DNA from: a virus
Length of the DNA stretch: 64,000 bases
Direction: 5' to 3' (one strand)
IMG/VR virus record: IMGVR_UViG_3300044858_003284
A program made the position numbers and the translations under genes. The notes below the pieces were generated by a model that did no database searches, was not told the DNA's origin, and saw only the letters and a program-made list of their open reading frames with translations. Below, piece after piece: positions 19,077-29,078 of the stretch; positions within the stretch are counted from its first letter, which is position 1; every line of letters begins with the position of its first letter.

Positions 19077-20429
19077 ATGTCATTTCCGTTATCACCGTCA
19101 AACAATCAAATAGCATTAGTAAATGGTATTGAATACTATTGGTATGCTAGCAAAGGTGCATGGTATCGCTATGGTGATGGAAGTGCCAATGTAATCACAT
19201 CAAATACATTTCAAGTATTAAGTTCAATCATATTCTCTGATGGTACTTCACAGAGTTCAGCACCAACAAATATTGATTCGTATGCAAGAACAACTGCAAA
19301 CACAGCAACAAACAATATAACAATCATTCAAGGTGTTGATGTTGGTCAAAACACCAGAATGACGATTATAGAAGGTGTTGATACTACACAGAATACCAAT
19401 ATTACCATAGCAACCAATGCTGCAACAGCAGCCTTTGCTCAAGCGAATGCAACAGCAGGTGGTCTTACAACAGCTAATGCTAGAATCACAGTTGCTGAAG
19501 GTGTAGATGTAGGCCAAAACACTCGTATGTCTATTATTGAGGGTGTGGATATAACTCAAAACACCAACATCACCATTATTCAAGGCGTAGACACAACACA
19601 GAATACTAGAATTGATATACTTGAAGGTGTTAATACTACACAGAATACCAACATCACTAATACTGATACCAAAGCACAAGCAGCTTTTGATAAAGCCAAT
19701 GATGCTTACACTTTAGCCAATACAGCAAATGCAGCTGCAGGTTCAGGTGGGGCTAGTTTAACTTCATTCACTGCAACAGTAGACACATTTACAGGTAATG
19801 GCAGTCAAACAGAATTTACATTGTCTGCTGTGCCTGATTCTGAAGATAACACATTTGTATTTTTAAACGGTGTGTATCAAGAAAAAGGTACATACTCTAT
19901 CGCTGGTGCAAATGTTGTTCTTACAGGTGTAGCAACATCTAATGATACGATAGAAGTTACTACAGTTGCTGGTAGTATTATGAATGTAAGCCCTACTGCT
20001 TACTCAACAAGAATATATCAAGGTAACGGATCAACAAACACATTTACAATTTCAGTTGGACACACCGCAAATACAGTCATGGTGTTTAACAATGGTGTAT
20101 GTCAATTCCCTGGTGATGATTATACAGTAAGTGGTACAACATTAACTTATGTGTTAACTCCACAGTCGGATGAAACCATACAGATTCGTGAGATGCCAAT
20201 TGATAAGTTGGTGCCATTAACACAACCTGTCATGCGGAGATACACAGCAAACGGTGTTCAAACACAATTTACTGTAACAGCAGGTCAAACTGCTAACTCA
20301 ATGTTTGTATATGAGAACGGTATCTGCCAGGTACCTGTATCCGATTACACAGTAAGTGGAGTAACATTAACATTTGTAACCGCACCAGTAGCCAATGTGG
20401 TCGTTCAAATTAGAGAGATGTCAATCTAA
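19077..20429 (+). CDS. Fibre stalk protein with three C-terminal Ig-like repeats
   Basis: EGVD..QNT repeats; three [FY]..NG....FT......V..NGV.Q....Y...G..L modules. Confidence 0.7.
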   Translation: MSFPLSPSNNQIALVNGIEYYWYASKGAWYRYGDGSANVITSNTFQVLSSIIFSDGTSQSSAPTNIDSYARTTANTATNNITIIQGVDVGQNTRMTIIEGVDTTQNTNITIATNAATAAFAQANATAGGLTTANARITVAEGVDVGQNTRMSIIEGVDITQNTNITIIQGVDTTQNTRIDILEGVNTTQNTNITNTDTKAQAAFDKANDAYTLANTANAAAGSGGASLTSFTATVDTFTGNGSQTEFTLSAVPDSEDNTFVFLNGVYQEKGTYSIAGANVVLTGVATSNDTIEVTTVAGSIMNVSPTAYSTRIYQGNGSTNTFTISVGHTANTVMVFNNGVCQFPGDDYTVSGTTLTYVLTPQSDETIQIREMPIDKLVPLTQPVMRRYTANGVQTQFTVTAGQTANSMFVYENGICQVPVSDYTVSGVTLTFVTAPVANVVVQIREMSI

Positions 20430-20438
20430 GGATAAAAA

Positions 20439-22175
20439 ATGGCGTTTACACAAATAACAACATCGAATTTAGATAATACAATTACTACAAAGCTGGCAGC
20501 AGCCGAGGCAGCCAATGCAGCCGTTGCAAACATTGTTTCTTTGGCTATCAGTAGTGTGCAAATTGCTGATTCATCGTATAATCTTATAGATGATACAGCA
20601 GCCAATACTGGTGGTGGTTATTTGGTAATTAACGGAACAGGTTTTACAAATCAATGCGTTGTGATTGTTGGTACAACGAATGCTACTAGCACCACATTTG
20701 CAAATACAAAACAACTACGAGCTCAAGTTCCTGGTTTGGCTGCAGCATCATATCCTTTATATGTGGTCGATAGTGTAACTGGTGCAACAGCAATTAAAGT
20801 AAATGGATTAACATACAGTTCATTTCCAGCATGGTCAACAGGATCAACATTAAGTAATCAAGAAGCAAACACAGCCTTTGCGGTTAATCTAAGTGCATCA
20901 TCAGATTCATCGGTAACTTATGCCAACACTACAGCATTACCAGCTGGTACAACATTAGCTGCTAACGGGTATTTTTCTGGTACAGTTACGATTGGTGCTC
21001 AAACAACATATTCATTTGACGTAAAAGCAACTGATGCTGAAAATCAGGACGTAAGTAGAACATTTAGTTTGACGGTAACGTTAACACCATTAAATTATCT
21101 ATATGCTTGGGGTTTTAGTGGTAGCGGTGAATTAGGACTCAATAATACAATTTATAGGTCCAGTCCAACGCAAGTAGGAGCAAGTGGAACTTGGTTAAAT
21201 TTAGCTGGTTATGGAGATTATGGTGGAAGCTCTTTAGCGTCCAAAACTGATGGTACTTTGTGGGCATGGGGATCTAATACTCTTGGCCGATTAGGTCTTC
21301 CAATTTCAACGAGTGGTGCAACATCCAGTCCAACACAAGTAGGAACAGATACAACATGGACTGGTGCATTAACTTCATCAGATAGAGCTAGTTTTGCTAT
21401 TAAAACCGATGGCACTTTATGGTCTTGGGGAAATGCCGGCCTTGGCCAATTAGGGCAAGGTAATAGGGTTTATAGGTCTAGTCCAGTTCAAGTAGGAACA
21501 GGAACAGATTGGAGTAAATTAGGAAGAACATCTAATTCTACTTTTGCTATTAAAACCGATGGCACTCTATGGGCTTGGGGAAACAATAACATGGGACAAT
21601 TGGGGCAAAATAATACAGTTCTTCGATCTAGTCCAACACAAATAGGAACAGGAACAGATTGGAGTAAAATAGGTACTGGTTTTAATGCGACTATAGCTGC
21701 TATTAAAACTGATGGTACCTTATGGACATGGGGTTCTGAATTCGATGGCATTTTAGGTCTTAATTCTTCAAGTGTGCATAGGTCCAGTCCAGTTCAAGTA
21801 GGAACAGGAACAGATTGGAACAATGTAGTAATAGGTAACCAAAGTATGATTGCGAGTAAAACTAATGGCACTTTGTGGGCCTGGGGAGCTAATAATCAAG
21901 GACAATTAGGCCGCAATAATACAGTTTATGTTTCTAGTCCAGTTCAAGTAGGAGGAAACACAAATTGGTCACAATTAGCAGTTGCTTACAGCAATATGGC
22001 AGCAATCAAAACTGATGGTACAATTTGGATTTGGGGTAACCAGATTTTTGGATCACACGGACTTAATGATGCCAGTGCAGTTAGACGATCTAGCCCAACA
22101 CAAATAGGAACGGGAACAAATTGGTCAAAAATACACGGTTTAGGTGGCGGTTGGCTTACAACAAGAAATAGTTAA
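20439..22175 (+). CDS. IPT/TIG plus Ig plus RCC1-like propeller protein
   Basis: DDTAANTGGG..VINGTGF; LPAGTTLAANG; RCC1 repeats. Confidence 0.85.
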   Translation: MAFTQITTSNLDNTITTKLAAAEAANAAVANIVSLAISSVQIADSSYNLIDDTAANTGGGYLVINGTGFTNQCVVIVGTTNATSTTFANTKQLRAQVPGLAAASYPLYVVDSVTGATAIKVNGLTYSSFPAWSTGSTLSNQEANTAFAVNLSASSDSSVTYANTTALPAGTTLAANGYFSGTVTIGAQTTYSFDVKATDAENQDVSRTFSLTVTLTPLNYLYAWGFSGSGELGLNNTIYRSSPTQVGASGTWLNLAGYGDYGGSSLASKTDGTLWAWGSNTLGRLGLPISTSGATSSPTQVGTDTTWTGALTSSDRASFAIKTDGTLWSWGNAGLGQLGQGNRVYRSSPVQVGTGTDWSKLGRTSNSTFAIKTDGTLWAWGNNNMGQLGQNNTVLRSSPTQIGTGTDWSKIGTGFNATIAAIKTDGTLWTWGSEFDGILGLNSSSVHRSSPVQVGTGTDWNNVVIGNQSMIASKTNGTLWAWGANNQGQLGRNNTVYVSSPVQVGGNTNWSQLAVAYSNMAAIKTDGTIWIWGNQIFGSHGLNDASAVRRSSPTQIGTGTNWSKIHGLGGGWLTTRNS

Positions 22176-22181
22176 TTTCAA

Positions 22182-23672
22182 ATGACTCAATATGTCCGTG
22201 CGATTAATATTGCAAACAACTCAATCAAATCATTTGTATTTGATACGAATACAGCAAACACATTAAACTCTGCCGTAGTTGCTGAGTCTGTTGCAATCTC
22301 TGCAAACGTTTCTGCACAAGCCGTAAATACTTTTGTTACTCTACAGGTACAACAAGTTGCAAATATTCCACCATCAATCAACGTTATTTCAATTGCTGAT
22401 TCATCTTATAATGTTACAAGCAATACAACAGCAGAGCCAATCAAAACATATCTAAGAATCACTGGAACTAATTTTCAACCCGGTGTAATTGTTATGGCTG
22501 GATCCAGTAATACAGCACTCTCAACAACGTATTTTAATCCTTTTGCAATTGGAGCTGAGTTGCCATTCCTTCCAACAGGAACATATCCATTGTATGCAAT
22601 TAATAATAATGGAGGCACTGCAATCCGTGTAAATGCAATAACAACGGATAATTTACAAAGACAATTCACAATGGGCAGAGGCACATATGGCAATTTAGGA
22701 CTTAACAATGAAGTTGCAAGATCCAGTCCAACTCAAGTGGGAACATCAACCAATTGGCGGAGTGTAGATTCAAATGAAAACCATACTTTAGGTATTAAAA
22801 CAGATGGTACCTTATGGATGTGGGGTAGATACTTAGGAGCTTCTAGTCCAGTTCAAGTGGGATCGGATACAGATTGGCGTTTTGTATCTACAGGTATTAC
22901 CAATACTTGGGTTGGTTTGAAGTCTAATAATACAATATGGAATGGTACAACCACTTATTCACAAATTGGAGTGGCTACAAATTGGAATACAATAGATCAG
23001 CACGATAATGTTTTTTTAGGTACTAAAACTGATGGTACATTGTGGTCATGGGGAGATGCTGGTCAAGGCGTAAACGGTCGTAATAGTTCTAGTGGATCGG
23101 TTTTTAATGATCCATTACAAATAGGAGCATTGACTAATTGGTCGAATGCTATAACTGGTAATTTTGCTGCTTTAGCTCTTAAAAATGATGGCACATTATG
23201 GTCTTGGGGAAGAAATTTAGACGGACAAGCAGGAACAAATGATGTGATTAGACGATCCAGTCCAATTCAAGTAGGAACAGGTACAAATTGGAATAAAATA
23301 GCTCTCAATCAGGATGGTAGTTCATTTGCTATTAAAACAGATGGTACTTTATGGGCTTGGGGAAATAATAATGTAGGCCAACTTGGCCGCAATAATCTAA
23401 CTGATACTTCTAGTCCAGTACAAGTAGGTACAAATACCAATTGGAGTTCAATAAGTTCTTGGGCTGTTGCTACTAATTCTAGAGCAACAACCGTAGCTCT
23501 TAAAACTGATGGTACTTTATGGGTATGGGGTTCTAATAGTAATGGACAATTAGGACTCAATAGTATAGTTAGTAGATCAAGTCCAACTCAAGTAGGAACA
23601 GCAAATAATTGGATTTTAGCAGCTACAGGTGGTTACAAAACCGTTTTAGTTTCTAGAGGACCATTTTATTAA
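22182..23672 (+). CDS. IPT/TIG plus RCC1-like propeller protein (some blades degenerate)
   Basis: LRITGTNFQPG IPT-like motif; RCC1 repeats; lacks the second Ig domain. Confidence 0.8.
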   Translation: MTQYVRAINIANNSIKSFVFDTNTANTLNSAVVAESVAISANVSAQAVNTFVTLQVQQVANIPPSINVISIADSSYNVTSNTTAEPIKTYLRITGTNFQPGVIVMAGSSNTALSTTYFNPFAIGAELPFLPTGTYPLYAINNNGGTAIRVNAITTDNLQRQFTMGRGTYGNLGLNNEVARSSPTQVGTSTNWRSVDSNENHTLGIKTDGTLWMWGRYLGASSPVQVGSDTDWRFVSTGITNTWVGLKSNNTIWNGTTTYSQIGVATNWNTIDQHDNVFLGTKTDGTLWSWGDAGQGVNGRNSSSGSVFNDPLQIGALTNWSNAITGNFAALALKNDGTLWSWGRNLDGQAGTNDVIRRSSPIQVGTGTNWNKIALNQDGSSFAIKTDGTLWAWGNNNVGQLGRNNLTDTSSPVQVGTNTNWSSISSWAVATNSRATTVALKTDGTLWVWGSNSNGQLGLNSIVSRSSPTQVGTANNWILAATGGYKTVLVSRGPFY

Positions 23673-23691
23673 AATAGATAAATAAATCACT

Positions 23692-25488
23692 ATGGCAAAA
23701 ATAACAGCAAATAATATCTTCGCATCATCAATTACTTCAGATAAACTTGATTCATCTGTTGCAAGTGGTTTAGCTACTGCAACTAATGCAAACACAATTG
23801 CAACGATTGCCTCTACGGTGGCTGCGGCTGCTTTTAGTTCTGCAAATACAATCTCTGCAATTTTAGCAAACACATCAACTCCAATTATCACTTCAATTAC
23901 GATTGCTGATTCTTCTTACAATGCTTTAGATGATACAGCAGCCAATACTACTGGTGGATTCTGTATTATTACTGGTTCAGGATTTGTTTCAACACCAACG
24001 GTGGTGTTTGGTACCACATCAGCCCCTGCAGTATCATTTATAAGTTCAACAACATTACGAGTGCAAATACCAGCACTCACAGCGGCTTCATATCCTGTGT
24101 ATGTGGTAAACAGTAATGGTGGTACGGCCATTCGTATTAATGGATTAACAACGAGTTCTTTCCCAGCATGGGGAACCGCTGCAGCGTTGGCCAATACGGC
24201 GGCCAATACCGTTTTTAGTGTTTCATTAAGCGCCAATTCTGATTCTTCTATAATTTATGCTAACACCACATCATTACCAGCTGGTACCACATTGGCAGCC
24301 AATGGATTATTCTCTGGTACAGTAAGCATTGGTACACAAACAACATATACATTTGATGTAAAAGCAACTGACGTTGAGTTACAAGATGCAACACGAACAT
24401 TTAGTTTAACGGTGACAGTAACACCACCAACAAGATTGTATGTGTCTGGCCGAAATGATTTTGGTCAACTAGGACTCAATGATGCAGAAGTTAGAAACAT
24501 GGGTCCGGTTCAAGTAGGAACAGGAACAGATTGGAACCTAGTAAGTTTTGGTTATCACAATACCTTAGCTACCAAAACGAATGGTACTTTGTGGGCATGG
24601 GGAAGAGATAATGCGGGGCAATTAGGACAAAATACTGCAAACATAAATCGATCTAGTCCAACACAAGTGGGAACAGGAACAAATTGGAATCAAATTAGTG
24701 CAGGCTCTAGTGTTTTTATGGCCACGAAAACTGACAATACATTGTGGCTATGGGGTCTTAATAATTATGGTCAATTAGGACGTAATAATCAAGTCAATTT
24801 TTCGAGTCCGGTTCAAGTAGGAACAGATACAACTTGGAGTAAAATAACCGGCGAAGAACAAAACATGTTTGCAATTAAAACCGATGGCACTCTTTGGGCA
24901 TGGGGAAAAAATGACTTTGGCCAATTAGGACGCAATGATAGAGTATATAGATCCAGTCCAATACAAGTAGGAACAGGAACAGATTGGAATCAAGTTGCTG
25001 CACATAGAAATTGTATATCTGCAATCAAAACTAATGGTACTTTATGGACATGGGGCCGAAATTTTTACGGTCAATTAGGACGCAATGATACTGTTAATCG
25101 ATCCAGTCCAACACAAGTAGGAACAGGAACAGATTGGAGTTTAGTATCTAATGGCAAATATCATACTACGGCCATAAAAACAAATGGTACATTATGGTTA
25201 TGGGGTTATAATAATTATGGACAGTTAGGACTCAATGATAGAGCTCATCGATCTAGTCCAACACAAGTGGGGACAGCGACAAATTGGAGTTTGGTGGATG
25301 GTGGCACATATTCTTCTTTAGCTAAAAAAACTGATAACACATTGTGGTCGTGGGGATATAATAGTACCGGACAATTAGGATTACCTGATAACAATAGCCG
25401 ATCCAGTCCAGTTCAAGTGGGATCAGCAACAAATTGGAATTTAATAAACATGGGACACTATGTTTTATCGGGAATTACCTCAAATTAA
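23692..25488 (+). CDS. IPT/TIG plus Ig plus RCC1-like propeller protein
   Basis: Paralog of ORF 20439; very regular RCC1 repeats. Confidence 0.85.
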   Translation: MAKITANNIFASSITSDKLDSSVASGLATATNANTIATIASTVAAAAFSSANTISAILANTSTPIITSITIADSSYNALDDTAANTTGGFCIITGSGFVSTPTVVFGTTSAPAVSFISSTTLRVQIPALTAASYPVYVVNSNGGTAIRINGLTTSSFPAWGTAAALANTAANTVFSVSLSANSDSSIIYANTTSLPAGTTLAANGLFSGTVSIGTQTTYTFDVKATDVELQDATRTFSLTVTVTPPTRLYVSGRNDFGQLGLNDAEVRNMGPVQVGTGTDWNLVSFGYHNTLATKTNGTLWAWGRDNAGQLGQNTANINRSSPTQVGTGTNWNQISAGSSVFMATKTDNTLWLWGLNNYGQLGRNNQVNFSSPVQVGTDTTWSKITGEEQNMFAIKTDGTLWAWGKNDFGQLGRNDRVYRSSPIQVGTGTDWNQVAAHRNCISAIKTNGTLWTWGRNFYGQLGRNDTVNRSSPTQVGTGTDWSLVSNGKYHTTAIKTNGTLWLWGYNNYGQLGLNDRAHRSSPTQVGTATNWSLVDGGTYSSLAKKTDNTLWSWGYNSTGQLGLPDNNSRSSPVQVGSATNWNLINMGHYVLSGITSN

Positions 25489-25506
25489 ACCAAAAATTTA
25501 ATCCTA

Positions 25507-25535
25507 TTGCCATCAATTCAAGTATCATATATAAT
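25507..25535 (+). promoter_or_regulatory. Sigma70-type promoter (TTGCCA-17bp-TATAAT)
   Basis: -35 at 25507-25512 and perfect -10 at 25530-25535, 17-bp spacer, directly before the sulfotransferase gene. Confidence 0.7.
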
Positions 25536-25567
25536 ATAGTGAATTAATTATTTGAAAGGTTTTACCA

Positions 25568-27331
25568 GTGAAAAACATATATTTTCTTTCAGGACTTCCA
25601 CGTTCTGGTTCAACAGTATTGGCTGCTATTCTTAGTCAACATCCAAGTTTACATACCACATCCACATCCAATCTTTTGGACACTTTAGTTGGTACACTTC
25701 GTGCATGGGCTGATAGTCTAAACACTCGAGCACAAACTGACCAAGCCAAAGAAGAAGATAAGATTCGAAACATCCTAAAGAATGTTTGTGAAACTCAGTA
25801 TGCAGATGTGAATAAACCCATCATACTTGATAAGGCTCGTGGTTGGGCTGACGACACCAACATTCGTACCATGTCAAAAGTGTTTGGTTACAAGCCAAAA
25901 ATTATTGCCACAGTCCGTAACGTAGAAGATTGTGCGGCTTCATTTGTTCGTATTGCTAAACCAGAAAACTTAGATCACTTTCTTCTCAAAGATGATTTGA
26001 TTAAACACCTCAAAGAATCCTATCAAACATTTGAAAAAGGATTTACATTTGCACCAGAATGTTTTTTGATTGTTGACTATGATGATCTAATGAATGATCC
26101 AAAAAAAGAATTAAAACGAGTGCATGAGTTCTTAGAGTTACCTGATTTTGAATATGATTTAAATGCCATCGATGGTACCAATCTACAAGAACGTGATGAA
26201 GAAATTTGGGAAGTAAAAGGTCTACATGACATTCAACCAAAATTGGGTTATCAACACAAACAGGATTCTAAAGAAGTATTGAAACACCGTTACTATGATT
26301 TCGTGCAACCAAGATTTTGGTTAGGTGAGAAAGTCAATCCAAATAAACCGATTCATGACCTTGATTTACAGTTGGCTGCCGGTCTGATGGGTAACTTTGA
26401 AGAAGGTTGGCGTCTAGCACAGAAGTTAGAAAAAGAAGAACCATGGAATAATCGTGCTGCTTTCAATCGTGGTTGGTATCTGATGCAGCATGGTAAACTT
26501 TTAGAAGGTGAAAAATTATTATTCCGTGGTCGTGATGAAGGCGTGTTTGGTAATGAACCTCCTAAGTCACCTATGCCAATGTGGGACGGTAAATCAAAAG
26601 GTACCGTGCTGTTGAATATGGAAGGCGGATTAGGTGACCAGATACACGGTGCTCGTTATGCAAGGGATATTGCAAGAATTGCTGGAGAAGTGATTGTGGC
26701 CTGTTCTGGTTCGTTGGCGACACTATTCCGTGATGTAGAAGGTGTCGTGGCCGTATGTCAAAGTGATGCTGTCTATGGTGTGGTCCATGACTATTGGGTG
26801 CCATCCATGTCCACAATACCTATCCTTGGTTACGAATATAAGGACATATCAGGAAAACCATACATAAATAAGCCGTTAGTAGAACCACATAAAGGTTTGA
26901 GAATTGGTCTACGGTGGCAAGGTAATCCACAGTTTGAACATGAACAACATCGGATATTCCCACCAACAAAACTATTTGATGCCTTAGAAGATGTTGATGC
27001 GGAGTTTATATCTCTGCAACGAGATGAAGGTTCTCAATACAAACCTTATTGGGTAAAAGATGTACCACTAGGTCATTGGGATCAAACTCGTATGGCGGCC
27101 GCATCATGTGATTTGGTTATCACATCATGTACCTCGGTAGCACATCTATGTGGAGCCATGGGTATACCAACATGGATTGTAGTACCTGTATTGCCTTACT
27201 ATTTGTGGGCACCTCCAGGAAATACAACCGTTTGGTATGATTCAGTAAAACTGTATCGTCAAGAAGTATTTGGAGAATGGTCTGCTCCATTTGATCAGAT
27301 CAAAATCGATTTACAAAATTTTAAAAAGTAA
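25568..27331 (+). CDS. Sulfotransferase fused to a TPR-like linker and GT-B (GT9-like) glycosyltransferase
   Basis: GLPRSGST PAPS-binding loop, R...D...S 3'-phosphate motif, VDYDDL..DP; C-terminal half has EGGLGDQI and DLVITSCTSVAHLCGAMGIPTW; GTG start. Confidence 0.85.
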   Translation: MKNIYFLSGLPRSGSTVLAAILSQHPSLHTTSTSNLLDTLVGTLRAWADSLNTRAQTDQAKEEDKIRNILKNVCETQYADVNKPIILDKARGWADDTNIRTMSKVFGYKPKIIATVRNVEDCAASFVRIAKPENLDHFLLKDDLIKHLKESYQTFEKGFTFAPECFLIVDYDDLMNDPKKELKRVHEFLELPDFEYDLNAIDGTNLQERDEEIWEVKGLHDIQPKLGYQHKQDSKEVLKHRYYDFVQPRFWLGEKVNPNKPIHDLDLQLAAGLMGNFEEGWRLAQKLEKEEPWNNRAAFNRGWYLMQHGKLLEGEKLLFRGRDEGVFGNEPPKSPMPMWDGKSKGTVLLNMEGGLGDQIHGARYARDIARIAGEVIVACSGSLATLFRDVEGVVAVCQSDAVYGVVHDYWVPSMSTIPILGYEYKDISGKPYINKPLVEPHKGLRIGLRWQGNPQFEHEQHRIFPPTKLFDALEDVDAEFISLQRDEGSQYKPYWVKDVPLGHWDQTRMAAASCDLVITSCTSVAHLCGAMGIPTWIVVPVLPYYLWAPPGNTTVWYDSVKLYRQEVFGEWSAPFDQIKIDLQNFKK

Positions 27332-27343
27332 TAGGAGATAGTA

Positions 27344-27766
27344 ATGCCAACAAGATCAGGTTATCATATTCGTGTTCAGGATGGTAAAGTAACAGAGTGC
27401 TGGGATAGTGCACCACCAGAAGGTCAAGATGGTTGGTTTGCAGGTGTAGAAGTTACTCCTGACCTCGTACCTAACCGTGAAATTCTTACAACACATACAT
27501 TCGATATTACCAAAAATCCAGTTGAGATTGTTTGGGGTAAGCGTGAGTTGTCGGTTGAAGAGCGTAAAGGTTCTTTAATTGGCCAAGCAGAGTTTCCAGC
27601 CATTCGCCTTGAGAATGAACTACAACGTAAACGTGAGATGCCAGAGTTTGCTGACCAAATCTCGACACTCGAAGCTGAACTTGAAGTTGCTAAGGCAACC
27701 AGAGATGCTCGTGTTATTCAAGTTAATGCAGCCGCTACACATGAGGATGTTGACGCACTAATGTAA
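27344..27766 (+). CDS. Hypothetical protein (possibly fibre-assembly related)
   Basis: Strong AGGAG SD; ORF fills the gap within the operon. Confidence 0.6.
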   Translation: MPTRSGYHIRVQDGKVTECWDSAPPEGQDGWFAGVEVTPDLVPNREILTTHTFDITKNPVEIVWGKRELSVEERKGSLIGQAEFPAIRLENELQRKREMPEFADQISTLEAELEVAKATRDARVIQVNAAATHEDVDALM

Positions 27767-27783
27767 TTTTTTGAAAGTTTGTT

Positions 27784-28500
27784 ATGAATTCATTGTTTTT
27801 TTCTTATAATATGGATGTGGATAAGGCCTACATCATTCGGGTTAAAGGTAATAAAAAATCAGAAGATGTGGCCTTACGTTGTGCTGAATCATGTGAAAAG
27901 GTACAAATGCCTTTTGACTATTGGGATGCGTATGATGGATATTCTCGGCGGATCAAAGAGCCAGAACATTCAAAAAATAATCCAGTAATGAAGATGATGA
28001 AAATCACCGATCATTACTTAACAAGAGGTGAAGTGGCTTGTGCTTTATCTCATATTTCATTGTGGTCTAGATGTGTTGAAATAGATCGACCCATTGTTAT
28101 TCTAGAGCATGATTCAATTATGGTTCAACCATATCTCAAACACGCTGTCTTTAATTCAATCGCATATCTAGGAAATAACGAACAGGTCAACGGTGGTTGG
28201 CCTATTCTGCCTACACCAACTCATGCCTCTGAAGGACCAAACTATCATTTTATCTGTAGGGCTCATGCGTATGCCATCGATCCTGCTGTGGCAAAAAATA
28301 TGTTGGCTCATGTGATTAAGTTTGGCATCTGTGCACCACTTGATATTATCATTCGTGCTGATGTGTTTCCAATTCATCAGATGGGCATCTATGCCTATGA
28401 TGTAAAAGAACGAGAAGAAGATGGCAATCTCAAAACCACTATTCTTGGTCGACCATTAGAAGGCCGTTCAACAATTCGTAATGATAAATTAGAAATATGA
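27784..28500 (+). CDS. Glycosyltransferase family 25-like
   Basis: GEVACALSHISLW..C......VILEHD and AHAYAI.P..A motifs. Confidence 0.8.
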   Translation: MNSLFFSYNMDVDKAYIIRVKGNKKSEDVALRCAESCEKVQMPFDYWDAYDGYSRRIKEPEHSKNNPVMKMMKITDHYLTRGEVACALSHISLWSRCVEIDRPIVILEHDSIMVQPYLKHAVFNSIAYLGNNEQVNGGWPILPTPTHASEGPNYHFICRAHAYAIDPAVAKNMLAHVIKFGICAPLDIIIRADVFPIHQMGIYAYDVKEREEDGNLKTTILGRPLEGRSTIRNDKLEI

Positions 28501-29078
28501 AATATACTGTAAGGTTCCACGACCACACCATCAGAAGTTTTGAACACATTGTTAAATCAATTGCTTTTCCAAAAACAACTATTGAAATTGGATGCTTTGA
28601 AGGTGAAAGCACATTTAATATAGCGGCCATTTGTCATCAACGAAATTCTAATTACAAACACTATGCAATCGATCCTTACGATATAAGTGATGATTTACCA
28701 GAAGAAAACATAGCACAGACCAAAGAAATATTTTTAAGTAATCTAAACGAGTTTGAACCTAAAGGGATTGTTGAGTTCATTAATAAAAAATCATTTGATG
28801 GTTTGATTGAACTATACAACCGTGGTGTCAAAGCCGATTTCATCTATGTTGATGGTGATCATCGAGCACCAGGTGTTCTACAAGATATGGTATTAAGTTT
28901 TGAATTACTCAACTCTGGTGGTGTCATGTTATGTGATGATAGTATGGCATGGAGAAAAGGTGATAATCCATGTGATTCACCTAAACTGGCATTTGATAAT
29001 TTTGTTCAATGTTATTGGAGAAAATTAAAAGTGTTTGAGTTGCCTAGTGGTTATCAAACAGCGATACGAAAAATATGA
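28497..29078 (+). CDS. Class I SAM-dependent methyltransferase (Methyltransf_24-like)
   Basis: IEIGCFEGES, DFIYVDGDH and LL..GGVMLCDD motifs. Confidence 0.85.
   Translation: MKYTVRFHDHTIRSFEHIVKSIAFPKTTIEIGCFEGESTFNIAAICHQRNSNYKHYAIDPYDISDDLPEENIAQTKEIFLSNLNEFEPKGIVEFINKKSFDGLIELYNRGVKADFIYVDGDHRAPGVLQDMVLSFELLNSGGVMLCDDSMAWRKGDNPCDSPKLAFDNFVQCYWRKLKVFELPSGYQTAIRKI

Noticed and set aside
20427-20441. A third in-frame stalk/head junction (TAA GGA TAA AAA ATG) as a readthrough site
   Set aside because: It has a second in-frame stop and no split domain. It shows that this spacing can arise from SD geometry alone.
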